DNA from: a virus
Lineage: Duplodnaviria; Caudoviricetes
Length of the DNA: 29,078 bases
IMG/VR virus record: IMGVR_UViG_3300037419_000157
Coordinates: 1-29,078 of that record
Reading direction: 5' to 3' (one strand)
Below are positions 15,525-24,543 of the stretch, one piece after another; within the stretch, counting starts at the first letter, position 1; every line of letters begins with the position of its first letter. The notes under the pieces were generated by a model. That model made no database searches, was not told where the DNA came from, and saw only the letters and a program-made list of their open reading frames with translations. Position numbers and translations under genes: made by a program.

Positions 15525-18500
15525 TGGAAGTCCTTCAACGATACAGTATTCGTTTTACCGAAGTCTGAACCATCGATTGCGAAGTCAGACATTTTAACTG
15601 TCTGTCCACCCTTCTTCTTCGGGGTGTACGTCTGGACACCAACGCCGAGGGCGTTAGGAGCAGCGGTCAGCAGCCCCTTGGCTCCTAGGTCTTGGTATGC
15701 CTGATACGTATCCGATACGATCAGGGGAGCGAAGAGGTTGACAGCCTCGCTCTGTAAAGTCAGAGGATTACCGACAGGATCAGAGCCCTGAAGTAGTCTA
15801 GTGACTTCAGCCGCGTTTGGTGCCTCTTTGTTCTCGAAGAATCGGTAGACGATATCCTTCCTAGTCGTCGGCTTGTAGGCTCCCTGATCGACACCCGGCA
15901 GATGCTTCCTGATGAAGTCAGGCACCCATCCGATGTTACGGACAACGCCGTCGTTGATGCCCTTCTGCTGTCCAGTAAGAAACTGGGCATAGAAGCGGAC
16001 ATAAGGCTGGAAGCCACCGGTTACATCGAAGCGGGTGTTGCCGACCTTAATCTTAGCGAAGTCAGACGACCTCGGGTCCATCTCGACATCAGCACCGGCA
16101 GCACCGGCGAGTCCTAGGATTGACATCACCGTAGAGGCGTAGATCAGTCCTGACTTAGCAGCTTCTTTACGAACTTCCGGATGGAGGCCGACATAGAAGC
16201 CGGGATTAAGCAGTTGGATACGAGAAGCCATAAGCTTCGGTGAGAATAGGACGTTACTGAGAATTTCAGCATTCCTACTCATGATTCTAATCGTTCCACG
16301 ACCCGTTGCTGCATTAATGAATCGGGCAGCAGATTTCAGATAGTCGGGATCATCAATGAAGTCGATGCCGAGTTCGTCGCCTTTCCGGACGAAGTCGTCG
16401 AAGACGTCGGCACGGACCTTATTAAGGAAGGCGAGATAGGCTCTTTCGGAGTGACGGACGCCCGGAATCTTCTCAGCGAACTGAGATACAAAGGCTTCTT
16501 CACGCTGTAGAACTCCACCACTAGCCTTAGTAGTTTGTAGTCCAGCGCGGTTCATCAATTCATAGGTAGGACGATTGAAGATTTCATCCTGTATCTGTTG
16601 GAAGTGGCCTTCAGAGAAGAACGACTTGAACATCCCCGGCATCGCCTTCCAGAACTCTTTCCTTCCGACAAGGAACATTCCCTGACGAAACGGAGCCGAG
16701 AAGTCGAAGCTAGCCTTCAGTGTTCTAGGGATGCCGAGGATATTAGCCGCTAGGTTAGGAACCGATCCTTCGATGTAGTTTAGACGACCGCTTTCGTCTT
16801 CGAGCAGCGCCCGCCAAACCTTCATCTTCTGCGGCATCGCGGTAGCTAGAAGCTCTACCTCACGAGCCGTAGGTATTTCACCGTAGTCAGCACCTAGGAG
16901 TTTGTTAAGGGCCTGCTGAGCCTGAACGGTTTCATAACCTTCCAGAGCGGGAGAGTTCTTAACGATGTCGTACATCTTGTCGATCTCGTCCTGAGTGAAC
17001 TGATCTCTGATCGACTCGATCTTAGGACGTCCCATCGAACCCTTCAGGGCAGCGAGTTCGGAGTAGAACCCGGCTTCGCCGCCTTTCTTCTTTCTGGTGG
17101 CATAAACCTGTGCAAGACGACGAGCACGTTCCTTAGCTAGGATTTCCTCTGCCTCCCGACGGAGGGGAGTTGTCTGATCTAGAACGTCGCCGAGTTTATC
17201 GAGAACGAGTTTCTTATCGGTCTTAATGCTGCGGAGGTCTTCTCCCTCTTCGTGTCCTTCGGGGGATTTCACGGGAGGTTTGCGATTACGCATTTCTGGC
17301 GTCTGAGTGCCAAACGTTCCCGATGAAGCAGGCGGGTTAGTATCACGAGGATACAAGTCAGGGAATCTATCGGCGGTGTCGGCCTTAACTATAGCATCCT
17401 GCTGCTCCTTGGAAAGCTGCTTCCACTCCGGATCAGTGTATTCAAGGAGACTTTTAGTAGGATCAATCGAGACATCTTCATTTAGATTAGCCGGTTCATT
17501 GGGTTCTATGGACGCCCTAATCGGCTGTACTGAGTCTACGACATCCGGCTTATCCGCAACAGGCGGAGTAAGCTTAGCGATAGAAGTGTTCAGACTATCG
17601 ATGTTATCTTGAATTCTATCTTTCTGGGATCGATTCAACTTCTCATCGAAGTCTTCTAGAATGCCTTGGAGGTTATCACGAGCTGAAGTGATATACGGAA
17701 GATGCTGTTCTGTAACATGCCCGGTATCGATTCCACGATTAATTCTATCGGCGATATCGAGGTTCTCGTCGATGACACCGTCATTCATGGCATCTTCTTT
17801 AGCCTGACGGGCATCAGCGATATTTACTACAGGAGCAACATCGGCCAGTTCATCAGAAGGCATACGACCAGTAGCCTCGGGATCGTTCATGATCGAAGCA
17901 ATCTCGTCCGGATGAATTGGAGGAACGCCCTTCGTACGAACAGATGTATCGTAGTGGTCGAGGCCCTTGGCTAGATAGTCTCTTGTTTCACTCGGAAGAT
18001 GCTTCCACCAGTCACCGCTGTATTCAGCAACGAGACTGTCTACACGTCCCGACCCTGCGTTATAAGCGGCAAGAACCTTAGTGGCGTCACCTTCATACTT
18101 ATGGTTCAGAGCAGCGAGAAGCTGGCGACCGACACGGGCACGATCAGCCTCGGTCTTACCGTTCCAAGGACGGATACCGAAACCGGGGTCACGGGCGGTA
18201 TCGTCCATGACCTGCATCGGCCCCTTGGCTCCCTTAGGAGAAACCTTCGGATTGGCTTCTGTTCCACCGCCCTCTAGGTGTAAGACGGTGTCAAGCAAGT
18301 CACCGAAGTTCGGCATCTTGCCGCCAGCACTGATGCGGAGAGCAGAAGCAGCACTTTTGACGCCCTTTACGACAGCTTCACCGCCGCCCTGTAGTAGCGA
18401 GCCACCAGCGGCAGTCGTCAAGACTTCTGCTGGATCGACCCTATCACGAACGCCCTCGCGAACGTCATACAACTGTTCAGCTAGATCACTGGCACCAGAG

Positions 18501-18985
18501 ACTCCACCCATCGCAAGAATGCGAGCTAGAGCGGTAGAACCTAGACCCGGAACGGCGTAAGTTGGGTTTACATCGCCAACTATATTACCGACAACCTCAG
18601 CTGCCTTCGCAGTAACTTTCCCGCCAGTTGAACGGCGACGTTGCTCATCCGACATCCGGAGATCGCGAGAGGCATGAGACTCTTTAATTTCAGCAGCCCG
18701 CTGCGCTTGGTTCTGTCGGATAGTGGCTTCTACCTGAGCAGGAGACTGATTATGATCTGAACCATATTGACGGATAAGATCGTTCTCACGCTCTGCCTCG
18801 TTTCCTCTAGTAAGAGGATTATTAGCCAGGGCATCGACGATAGAATCTTTCAAAACTTCCCATGCAGAACGGGGCGGCGAAGCACTAATGCTTGCACCAC
18901 CGGAATGCTTATTAGCGAAGTCCTTCCAATACTTCTCATTAGGAATGCCGAAATCTGAAAGGTCTACGGTAGGTAGATCAGTCAT
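15521..18985 (-). CDS. Large internal virion/ejection protein with lytic transglycosylase domain
   Basis: HLEGGG..VSPKGAKGPMQVM..TA and LAAYNAG SLT motifs. 1154 aa. Last of three ejection-type genes. Confidence 0.82.
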   Translation of the reverse strand: MTDLPTVDLSDFGIPNEKYWKDFANKHSGGASISASPPRSAWEVLKDSIVDALANNPLTRGNEAERENDLIRQYGSDHNQSPAQVEATIRQNQAQRAAEIKESHASRDLRMSDEQRRRSTGGKVTAKAAEVVGNIVGDVNPTYAVPGLGSTALARILAMGGVSGASDLAEQLYDVREGVRDRVDPAEVLTTAAGGSLLQGGGEAVVKGVKSAASALRISAGGKMPNFGDLLDTVLHLEGGGTEANPKVSPKGAKGPMQVMDDTARDPGFGIRPWNGKTEADRARVGRQLLAALNHKYEGDATKVLAAYNAGSGRVDSLVAEYSGDWWKHLPSETRDYLAKGLDHYDTSVRTKGVPPIHPDEIASIMNDPEATGRMPSDELADVAPVVNIADARQAKEDAMNDGVIDENLDIADRINRGIDTGHVTEQHLPYITSARDNLQGILEDFDEKLNRSQKDRIQDNIDSLNTSIAKLTPPVADKPDVVDSVQPIRASIEPNEPANLNEDVSIDPTKSLLEYTDPEWKQLSKEQQDAIVKADTADRFPDLYPRDTNPPASSGTFGTQTPEMRNRKPPVKSPEGHEEGEDLRSIKTDKKLVLDKLGDVLDQTTPLRREAEEILAKERARRLAQVYATRKKKGGEAGFYSELAALKGSMGRPKIESIRDQFTQDEIDKMYDIVKNSPALEGYETVQAQQALNKLLGADYGEIPTAREVELLATAMPQKMKVWRALLEDESGRLNYIEGSVPNLAANILGIPRTLKASFDFSAPFRQGMFLVGRKEFWKAMPGMFKSFFSEGHFQQIQDEIFNRPTYELMNRAGLQTTKASGGVLQREEAFVSQFAEKIPGVRHSERAYLAFLNKVRADVFDDFVRKGDELGIDFIDDPDYLKSAARFINAATGRGTIRIMSRNAEILSNVLFSPKLMASRIQLLNPGFYVGLHPEVRKEAAKSGLIYASTVMSILGLAGAAGADVEMDPRSSDFAKIKVGNTRFDVTGGFQPYVRFYAQFLTGQQKGINDGVVRNIGWVPDFIRKHLPGVDQGAYKPTTRKDIVYRFFENKEAPNAAEVTRLLQGSDPVGNPLTLQSEAVNLFAPLIVSDTYQAYQDLGAKGLLTAAPNALGVGVQTYTPKKKGGQTVKMSDFAIDGSDFGKTNTVSLKDFQ

Positions 18986-19006
18986 TAGAAACGTCTCGTT
19001 TCGTTA

Positions 19007-20134
19007 TCACTTAACCTGAACCTCTCCTGCCGGAGTCCAGTTATCACTGCCGTTGTCATTCTTTCCTGTATGGATATAGAGATAATGCTTACCACCGTTA
19101 GTGACTAGAAGCTTCGTTCCGTCCTTACTGATTACTCCCGGTCCGTACTTAGTCATAAGTGAACGGGCCTGAGGTTTAGGAGCGGGATTCTCATGACGGG
19201 CATTACGCCCCTCTTCATTCGTTGCAGCCTGAGCTTCTGTCGCACGATTATGACGACCAGTCTCACCCAGTCGGACATCGGCTTGGTCAAGGCGACGATC
19301 ACTGCGCTTAAGGCTTTCCTGCTTGGCAACAGGGATTTCGCCATAGCGGATGGTATCGATATCGATTTGATTGGCATCAGTAGGAATACTATCGGCGATA
19401 TCAGAGAAGCCCTTACCGGTGGCATAGGTTTTTGCCCGTTGGATAATTCTAGCCTTAGTGGCATCATCCATCTTAGGAGTAATCGTTCCTAGGAGGCCAG
19501 CAACCCTGTCACGGACAGTCTCTTCAAGTTTTAGATCGAACACCTTATTCTGTCGATCTAGACTGCCCTGCTGACGCTTGTCATCGATCAACTTTTCCAT
19601 CAACGTCTCAGCCAGTTGTGGTTTGAACTGAGCGATACGACGGATGATTTGTGCCCGATTGGCCTCAATGCCACCCGGATTGTCTAGACTTTCGAGCATC
19701 GCGCTAGACAGATTACGCTCATCATTGCCTCTGCCAAGGGCATTTCCTAGGAAGAAATTAGCGATACCAGCTAGGGCCGATAACTTGTGGGCTTTCCAAG
19801 GATCGCCCTTGATATCGATAGGCGTATTGTCAGGTGCGATAGAATCAGCTATGTTCTTAGGACTTGTATCGTCATAAGGAGTATAGGCATTGTCCGGTTG
19901 TGCGGGTGCAGCCTGAGGAAGATCGGGCATCTGTGGAGCCTGTGCTGGCTCTTGTGGAGATGCGTAATCGGACATGTTAGAATACAGGTCGGCATTAGGC
20001 ATACCGGATAGCAGCGACGCCAACGGATCATTAAATAGCTGCACCGGCTGTGTCGGAGATGCAGGCTTATACCCGCCTTTCTGCTTAGCCATGTCCTGAG
20101 AGATTGAGTTCAGAAGGTCTTCGAAATAACTCAT
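19007..20134 (-). CDS. Internal virion/DNA ejection protein (P22 gp20 position)
   Basis: Pro/Gln-rich N-terminus, helical core, ETGRHNRATE motif. Assignment by synteny. Confidence 0.6.
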   Translation of the reverse strand: MSYFEDLLNSISQDMAKQKGGYKPASPTQPVQLFNDPLASLLSGMPNADLYSNMSDYASPQEPAQAPQMPDLPQAAPAQPDNAYTPYDDTSPKNIADSIAPDNTPIDIKGDPWKAHKLSALAGIANFFLGNALGRGNDERNLSSAMLESLDNPGGIEANRAQIIRRIAQFKPQLAETLMEKLIDDKRQQGSLDRQNKVFDLKLEETVRDRVAGLLGTITPKMDDATKARIIQRAKTYATGKGFSDIADSIPTDANQIDIDTIRYGEIPVAKQESLKRSDRRLDQADVRLGETGRHNRATEAQAATNEEGRNARHENPAPKPQARSLMTKYGPGVISKDGTKLLVTNGGKHYLYIHTGKNDNGSDNWTPAGEVQVK

Positions 20135-21301
20135 TTAGAACTTACCTCCACCGCTGGCATAAGCCGCTGAGGCGTTAGTCAAGTCTGGAATCAAGCCGTT
20201 CTTGGTATGGCCAGTGCTAGTACCGGTTCCAGTGCTAGAGCTAGAGCCCTGCGAAGAACCCTGACCGTAACCGAACGACGACGAAGAACCAGTACCCGCA
20301 CCCTGACTGACACCACCGGAACCCGAGAGAGCCGAAGCAGAACCGAGACCAAGCTTGGCGTAGTTGAAGAGATTATCCATGTAGTCCTTCAGGTACTGCT
20401 GACCGAGACCCTGCCCGTACTGAACAAGAGCCTTGCCGGTAGCACCGGAGTTAAAAGTCCCGTTACCTGCCGAAGCACCTGAAATCGCCTTCTGCCCTTG
20501 ATCTAGGATGAAGTTCATCCCTGCCGAATTAGCGAAGGTGTTAACGGCATTCGTCGGATTAGGAACAGGGTTGTTATATACCGGCGACGGAGGAGTATAG
20601 GCAGCAGGAGCTGTCGGAGTTACTGGAGTAGGCGTAGGACGAACCCTAGGATCACGTCGGGGATGACCAAACATCGTACCCATCATGGAGACATCGGGAA
20701 CGATATGTCCGTCTTGGTTAGGAACGAAAACCTCAGGACGCTTCTCGCCTACTAGATAAGGCTGTCCGGCATTAACGGGGCCACCTCCTGCACGAGCTTC
20801 CATATGGAACGGTGAAGTCTGTAGCCCGCCACCACCGCCACCTACTATCTTTGAAGAGCCGACAGGAGGAACAGGCGGGGGAGGAAGCGCTGTAGGAGGT
20901 GTAGCTACCGCAGCCGGAGGAGCACCGGCGGAATACTTGGCGAATAGCGCAGAGATTAGATCAGGCATAGCTCCTCTGCTGCGTCTGCCACCACCTCCGC
21001 CTCCGCCGACACCACCCGGAAGAACAGACGGAACCGGTGCTTGGTAAGAGAATGACGACTGCGGAAGGCCCAAAAGGGCTCCGATCATATTGCCGGCGTC
21101 AGAAACATACCCTAGCGACGGAGTTAGAGCTGCGCTAAGAGGGTCGTAGGCCCTGTTAGCAGAACCACTCTGGTTACTACTATTGCTCTGCGACGCATTG
21201 ACATTAGAGTTTTGTGCCGACTGCTGTGAGCTACTTTGACTGGTTGATTTCTGCTTCTGCTGCGAACCGCCTAGCAGAAAATCTCCAACACCACCACCCA
21301 T
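20135..21301 (-). CDS. DNA transfer/ejection protein (P22 gp7-like)
   Basis: G.NF.LDQGQKAI...AG.G...SGATGKAL..YGQGL is typical of gp7-like pilot proteins. Gly/Ser/Pro-rich. Confidence 0.7.
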   Translation of the reverse strand: MGGGVGDFLLGGSQQKQKSTSQSSSQQSAQNSNVNASQSNSSNQSGSANRAYDPLSAALTPSLGYVSDAGNMIGALLGLPQSSFSYQAPVPSVLPGGVGGGGGGGRRSRGAMPDLISALFAKYSAGAPPAAVATPPTALPPPPVPPVGSSKIVGGGGGGLQTSPFHMEARAGGGPVNAGQPYLVGEKRPEVFVPNQDGHIVPDVSMMGTMFGHPRRDPRVRPTPTPVTPTAPAAYTPPSPVYNNPVPNPTNAVNTFANSAGMNFILDQGQKAISGASAGNGTFNSGATGKALVQYGQGLGQQYLKDYMDNLFNYAKLGLGSASALSGSGGVSQGAGTGSSSSFGYGQGSSQGSSSSTGTGTSTGHTKNGLIPDLTNASAAYASGGGKF

Positions 21302-21723
21302 TAATTCGTTCCTTCTAAAAACTCATCCTTGGTTAGGACGAATAATTCATTTTCTATACCATTAGCAAATGTCATTTTCCCATGTGCTTTCATTCCAACT
21401 TGCCTACAGGCCCAGTTAGCTGCCTTCATTTCTTTTCTATCTGTCCTAACGAGTCCTCGAACCGTCTTAGCTCCGCAATGTTCAAACAGATATCGAACCA
21501 TCTTTTTTCCTAGATCGATTGCTTTCCGACCTCTAGCTGATTGATAATACCAATGAAGGGTATAAACACCTGGGTATTCATAGGTTGCTAATCCGACGTT
21601 GTCGTCTTCTACTAGCATCAGATGATTAGGATCATCCCACCAAACCTTCAGGACTTCAACCGGCACCATGTATCTGACACATTCTGATGCCTTGACTAGT
21701 AAATCCCAGTCGCGTTTCAGCAT
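21301..21723 (-). CDS. GNAT-fold virion assembly protein (P22 gp14-like)
   Basis: H......RGRKA...A.WAC..VG acetyltransferase-like pattern. Position before the ejection genes. Confidence 0.65.
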   Translation of the reverse strand: MLKRDWDLLVKASECVRYMVPVEVLKVWWDDPNHLMLVEDDNVGLATYEYPGVYTLHWYYQSARGRKAIDLGKKMVRYLFEHCGAKTVRGLVRTDRKEMKAANWACRQVGMKAHGKMTFANGIENELFVLTKDEFLEGTN

Positions 21724-22433
21724 TACGGAACTTCTCCGGGCGAGTATCCGCCGCCTCCACTCGGAGGGGCAACACCGCCACCAGTGTCTCCTGCACCCGC
21801 AGCGGGAGTGGTAATCTTACCGCAAAGATGGCGTCCAGCAGCAGCGTTAGCTAGACCGGTATTAGGATCGGTAGTTGCGTGGTAAGTAACTGAGCCGCCT
21901 GCTCTCGAAGTCTGATCGTAATAAATCGTGTAGGTCGTGCTGTAGGCCAGTCCTGTTAGCGTTCCGCTGTTTACAGATACACTAGAAGTGTCACTATACT
22001 TTCGGGTGTGGCTCGAAATCGAAATCGTCGCGTCAGCACCGGCGTCCGTAGCCGACAAGATATTACCCGGCGAAGTCCAAGAAGTCGAAATCGCGTCGTC
22101 ACGTTTGACAGTATTAGCTGTGCTGTTAGCAGTATTCGCTGTACTATTTGCCGTGTTTGCCGTGCTCTGTGCAGTCGCTGCATCGGCGGCGGCGTCATCA
22201 GCAGCAGCCTGAGCGGCATCAGCAGCGGCTTGAGCGGCTTCGATCTCCGCAATCCTATCTAGCATTTGAGTCTGAAGGTCTTGAATGTCAGCAAGAATAC
22301 CAGCAATGTCAGTAAACTGATCTTCAATCCCTTGGGCTACACGGTCCCACCAGATATGAAAAGCCTGCGTAGGAAATCCGTTCTTATCTACCAGCGGAAC
22401 GTTCTGTTGTAGGCGAGGAATCAATACAGTCAT
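21723..22433 (-). CDS. Tail needle/plug-like protein (P22 gp26 position) with coiled coil and distal beta domain
   Basis: PLVD..G.PT..F..WW N-terminus, Ala-rich and TANTANS heptads. Assignment by synteny. Confidence 0.6.
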   Translation of the reverse strand: MTVLIPRLQQNVPLVDKNGFPTQAFHIWWDRVAQGIEDQFTDIAGILADIQDLQTQMLDRIAEIEAAQAAADAAQAAADDAAADAATAQSTANTANSTANTANSTANTVKRDDAISTSWTSPGNILSATDAGADATISISSHTRKYSDTSSVSVNSGTLTGLAYSTTYTIYYDQTSRAGGSVTYHATTDPNTGLANAAAGRHLCGKITTPAAGAGDTGGGVAPPSGGGGYSPGEVP

Positions 22434-23782
22434 TACAGACCTGCGTAGCTTTCATTAGCGACTAGGTCTGAAACCCGGAAAGGAACAGGATCGGTCACTC
22501 GAATTTCTACTAAAATGCCGGGATTTCCAAATAGTCCTAGAGCTGCCCACATTACTCGTTTCTTGTAATGACCTAGCTCCCCGAGTGACTTCTGCTTCCA
22601 CGTCTTCCACTCAAATCCACCATCCTTAGACACTCGGAGTTCGACAGTAGGATCGGCGTAGTCCCCCGAAAGATACGTCGTTTGACCAGTGTTCGTCTTA
22701 AGGATTACTTGGTGAAGAGGAGTAGTTCCTGAAGTGATCGGCAGTCCAGCACGGAACCGACGCTCTAGGATGTCTCCGAAGTCTGAGTAGGTGTCAGACC
22801 ATTGAATGAGCTGTCCATCGACACTGCTACCGAAGACACCATTGGCATAGCAGCGAGGTATCCAGTTAGTCCTTCCGTAGGATTCAAATGTAGACCACGT
22901 AGAAGTACTCTTGTTGAATACATAGGTCTTGGTATCAAGCGTAACAGCTAGATACTCTGTTCCGTCTAGATAGAAGGTCCACAAGAACGCTGTCGAGCTA
23001 GCCGCTAGCTTCTCATCTAAACCCGGATCGGAAATGACAGTCTGGGGGTCATTGACACAGATTTGGTTGTGGTTGGTAATCCAAGCAAACGAAGTAGCAA
23101 ACTTAGTGGCACAGCCGGTATCGCGGATGCCGACCGAATAAGTCCTACCTACTAGCGGCTGATACGGAAGATCGGGATTGCTGGTATTAGCAGGCCAGAA
23201 CTCAACCGTTTCCGTACCGAACAAGTACAGAGTGTCTCCGATGAAGAGGCATTCCTTCAGCTTATCCGGGGAGTTCTCTGCCGTGGCGAAGCTCAGTGCA
23301 TCGATGGTGCTAGTGAGGACATCCGACCAAAAGAACTTACCAGTCCCCTTATCGATTACAATCAGTCTAGACGTACCGATGCACAGAGATAGAACATCAA
23401 AGCTTCCGGGAGTCGCTACGGTAGTTAAAGAGGCTCCATTATACTTATAGAGAGTGGTACCTTGAGTAGCGAACAGTAGATTCTCGAATCCAGCTAGGAC
23501 GGCAGGGCCTGTACCTGCAATCGCTCCAATCGAAACTCCGCTCTTGTATAACGCTCCTGCCGAGATACCGAACAGAGAGCCATCCAGAACGCCGTCGATT
23601 TGAAACAGCGTCTTCACTGGACCTGCTCCCATCGACGTCCCTGTCGCTTCAAGGCCGGGGCGAGACAGAAGTGCCGGTGACTCCTCAATCGGAGTCTTCT
23701 CGACAAACAAGTTCACAACCGGCAGTTCAGGGAAGTTACCCCTGTCTCGGTCGTACGTACTTGTGGCGTATTGAAGCTTCAT
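22433..23782 (-). CDS. Packaged DNA stabilization/tail hub protein (P22 gp10-like)
   Basis: L..RPGL, SFATAE.SPD, LFG.ETVEFW, SKDGG..W and G.Y..RV.W..LG motifs. Start at the TAATG-coupled ATG 23782. Confidence 0.85.
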   Translation of the reverse strand: MKLQYATSTYDRDRGNFPELPVVNLFVEKTPIEESPALLSRPGLEATGTSMGAGPVKTLFQIDGVLDGSLFGISAGALYKSGVSIGAIAGTGPAVLAGFENLLFATQGTTLYKYNGASLTTVATPGSFDVLSLCIGTSRLIVIDKGTGKFFWSDVLTSTIDALSFATAENSPDKLKECLFIGDTLYLFGTETVEFWPANTSNPDLPYQPLVGRTYSVGIRDTGCATKFATSFAWITNHNQICVNDPQTVISDPGLDEKLAASSTAFLWTFYLDGTEYLAVTLDTKTYVFNKSTSTWSTFESYGRTNWIPRCYANGVFGSSVDGQLIQWSDTYSDFGDILERRFRAGLPITSGTTPLHQVILKTNTGQTTYLSGDYADPTVELRVSKDGGFEWKTWKQKSLGELGHYKKRVMWAALGLFGNPGILVEIRVTDPVPFRVSDLVANESYAGL

Positions 23783-24543
23783 TATTTCCAGAATACAGGA
23801 CGACCGGAATCGAAGTCGTCTTGAGACCAATAGAAGTTACCGTAGGTGCTCGGTAGCCAGTACAACCCAGTCTCTGACGAGACCTCCTTAGTCTGGTGAT
23901 ACCTAGCTCTGAACTGAGTTCTCATCCTCTGAAGGACTTGAGTCATCTCGTTGCTGGTTTCTGCTCCAAACCTTGGATTAAGACGAAGGGCTAGCATCGT
24001 GCTAAGAAGGTCGTCGAACTCCTCAGGCAACGGGCTTTCATCGCTCTCATCAAGATCGGTAACACGAGCCCAGTTACCTTGATCTTGCCTGTAGAACCAC
24101 ATACGATTCAGACTGTTGGTATTCAGAGTTACCGAAGACGTGCTTTCGATATGCGTACCATTAGCGTTAACCGTAAGGTTATTAGTCGAAAGGTTGCCTG
24201 AGATATCTACTACTCCAAACCTCGCTCCGTCATCAGGACTGGGATTAAGATAGATGGTATAAGAAGAAGCGAGGTTGAGAATGAGGCGAGAGTTAGCCGG
24301 GACGTACTTAGACGCTATATAACTAGACTGATCGAGTCCTTGACCGTAGGTATTCATGCTTCCAGCTTTTCCGAAGTTAACCGGAAGAAGCTGCTCGCCT
24401 AGTTCGTTGCCGAATAGACTCTTGATGATGGTGTTAATTCTACGGACACCAACTTCTAGTTGAGCTGCATCCGGAACATCATCCAGTCCGATGATTCCAG
24501 CTTCGCCATAGGCATCAATTACGATCTGTCTAATAGTAGTCAT
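23782..24543 (-). CDS. Head-tail adaptor (P22 gp4-like) with inserted beta domain
   Basis: TTIRQIV.DA...G...G.RR.N N-terminus and P.EFDD.L...LALRL.PRFG C-terminus. Confidence 0.72.
   Translation of the reverse strand: MTTIRQIVIDAYGEAGIIGLDDVPDAAQLEVGVRRINTIIKSLFGNELGEQLLPVNFGKAGSMNTYGQGLDQSSYIASKYVPANSRLILNLASSYTIYLNPSPDDGARFGVVDISGNLSTNNLTVNANGTHIESTSSVTLNTNSLNRMWFYRQDQGNWARVTDLDESDESPLPEEFDDLLSTMLALRLNPRFGAETSNEMTQVLQRMRTQFRARYHQTKEVSSETGLYWLPSTYGNFYWSQDDFDSGRPVFWK

Noticed and set aside
17307-18560. Antisense and alternate-frame ORFs such as 18081..18560, 1719..2258 and 7452..7877
   Set aside because: They shadow well-supported genes and show no recognisable motifs.
22105-22240. Short tandem-like DNA repeats
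   Set aside because: Explained by TANTANS and Ala-rich coiled-coil coding with synonymous variation.
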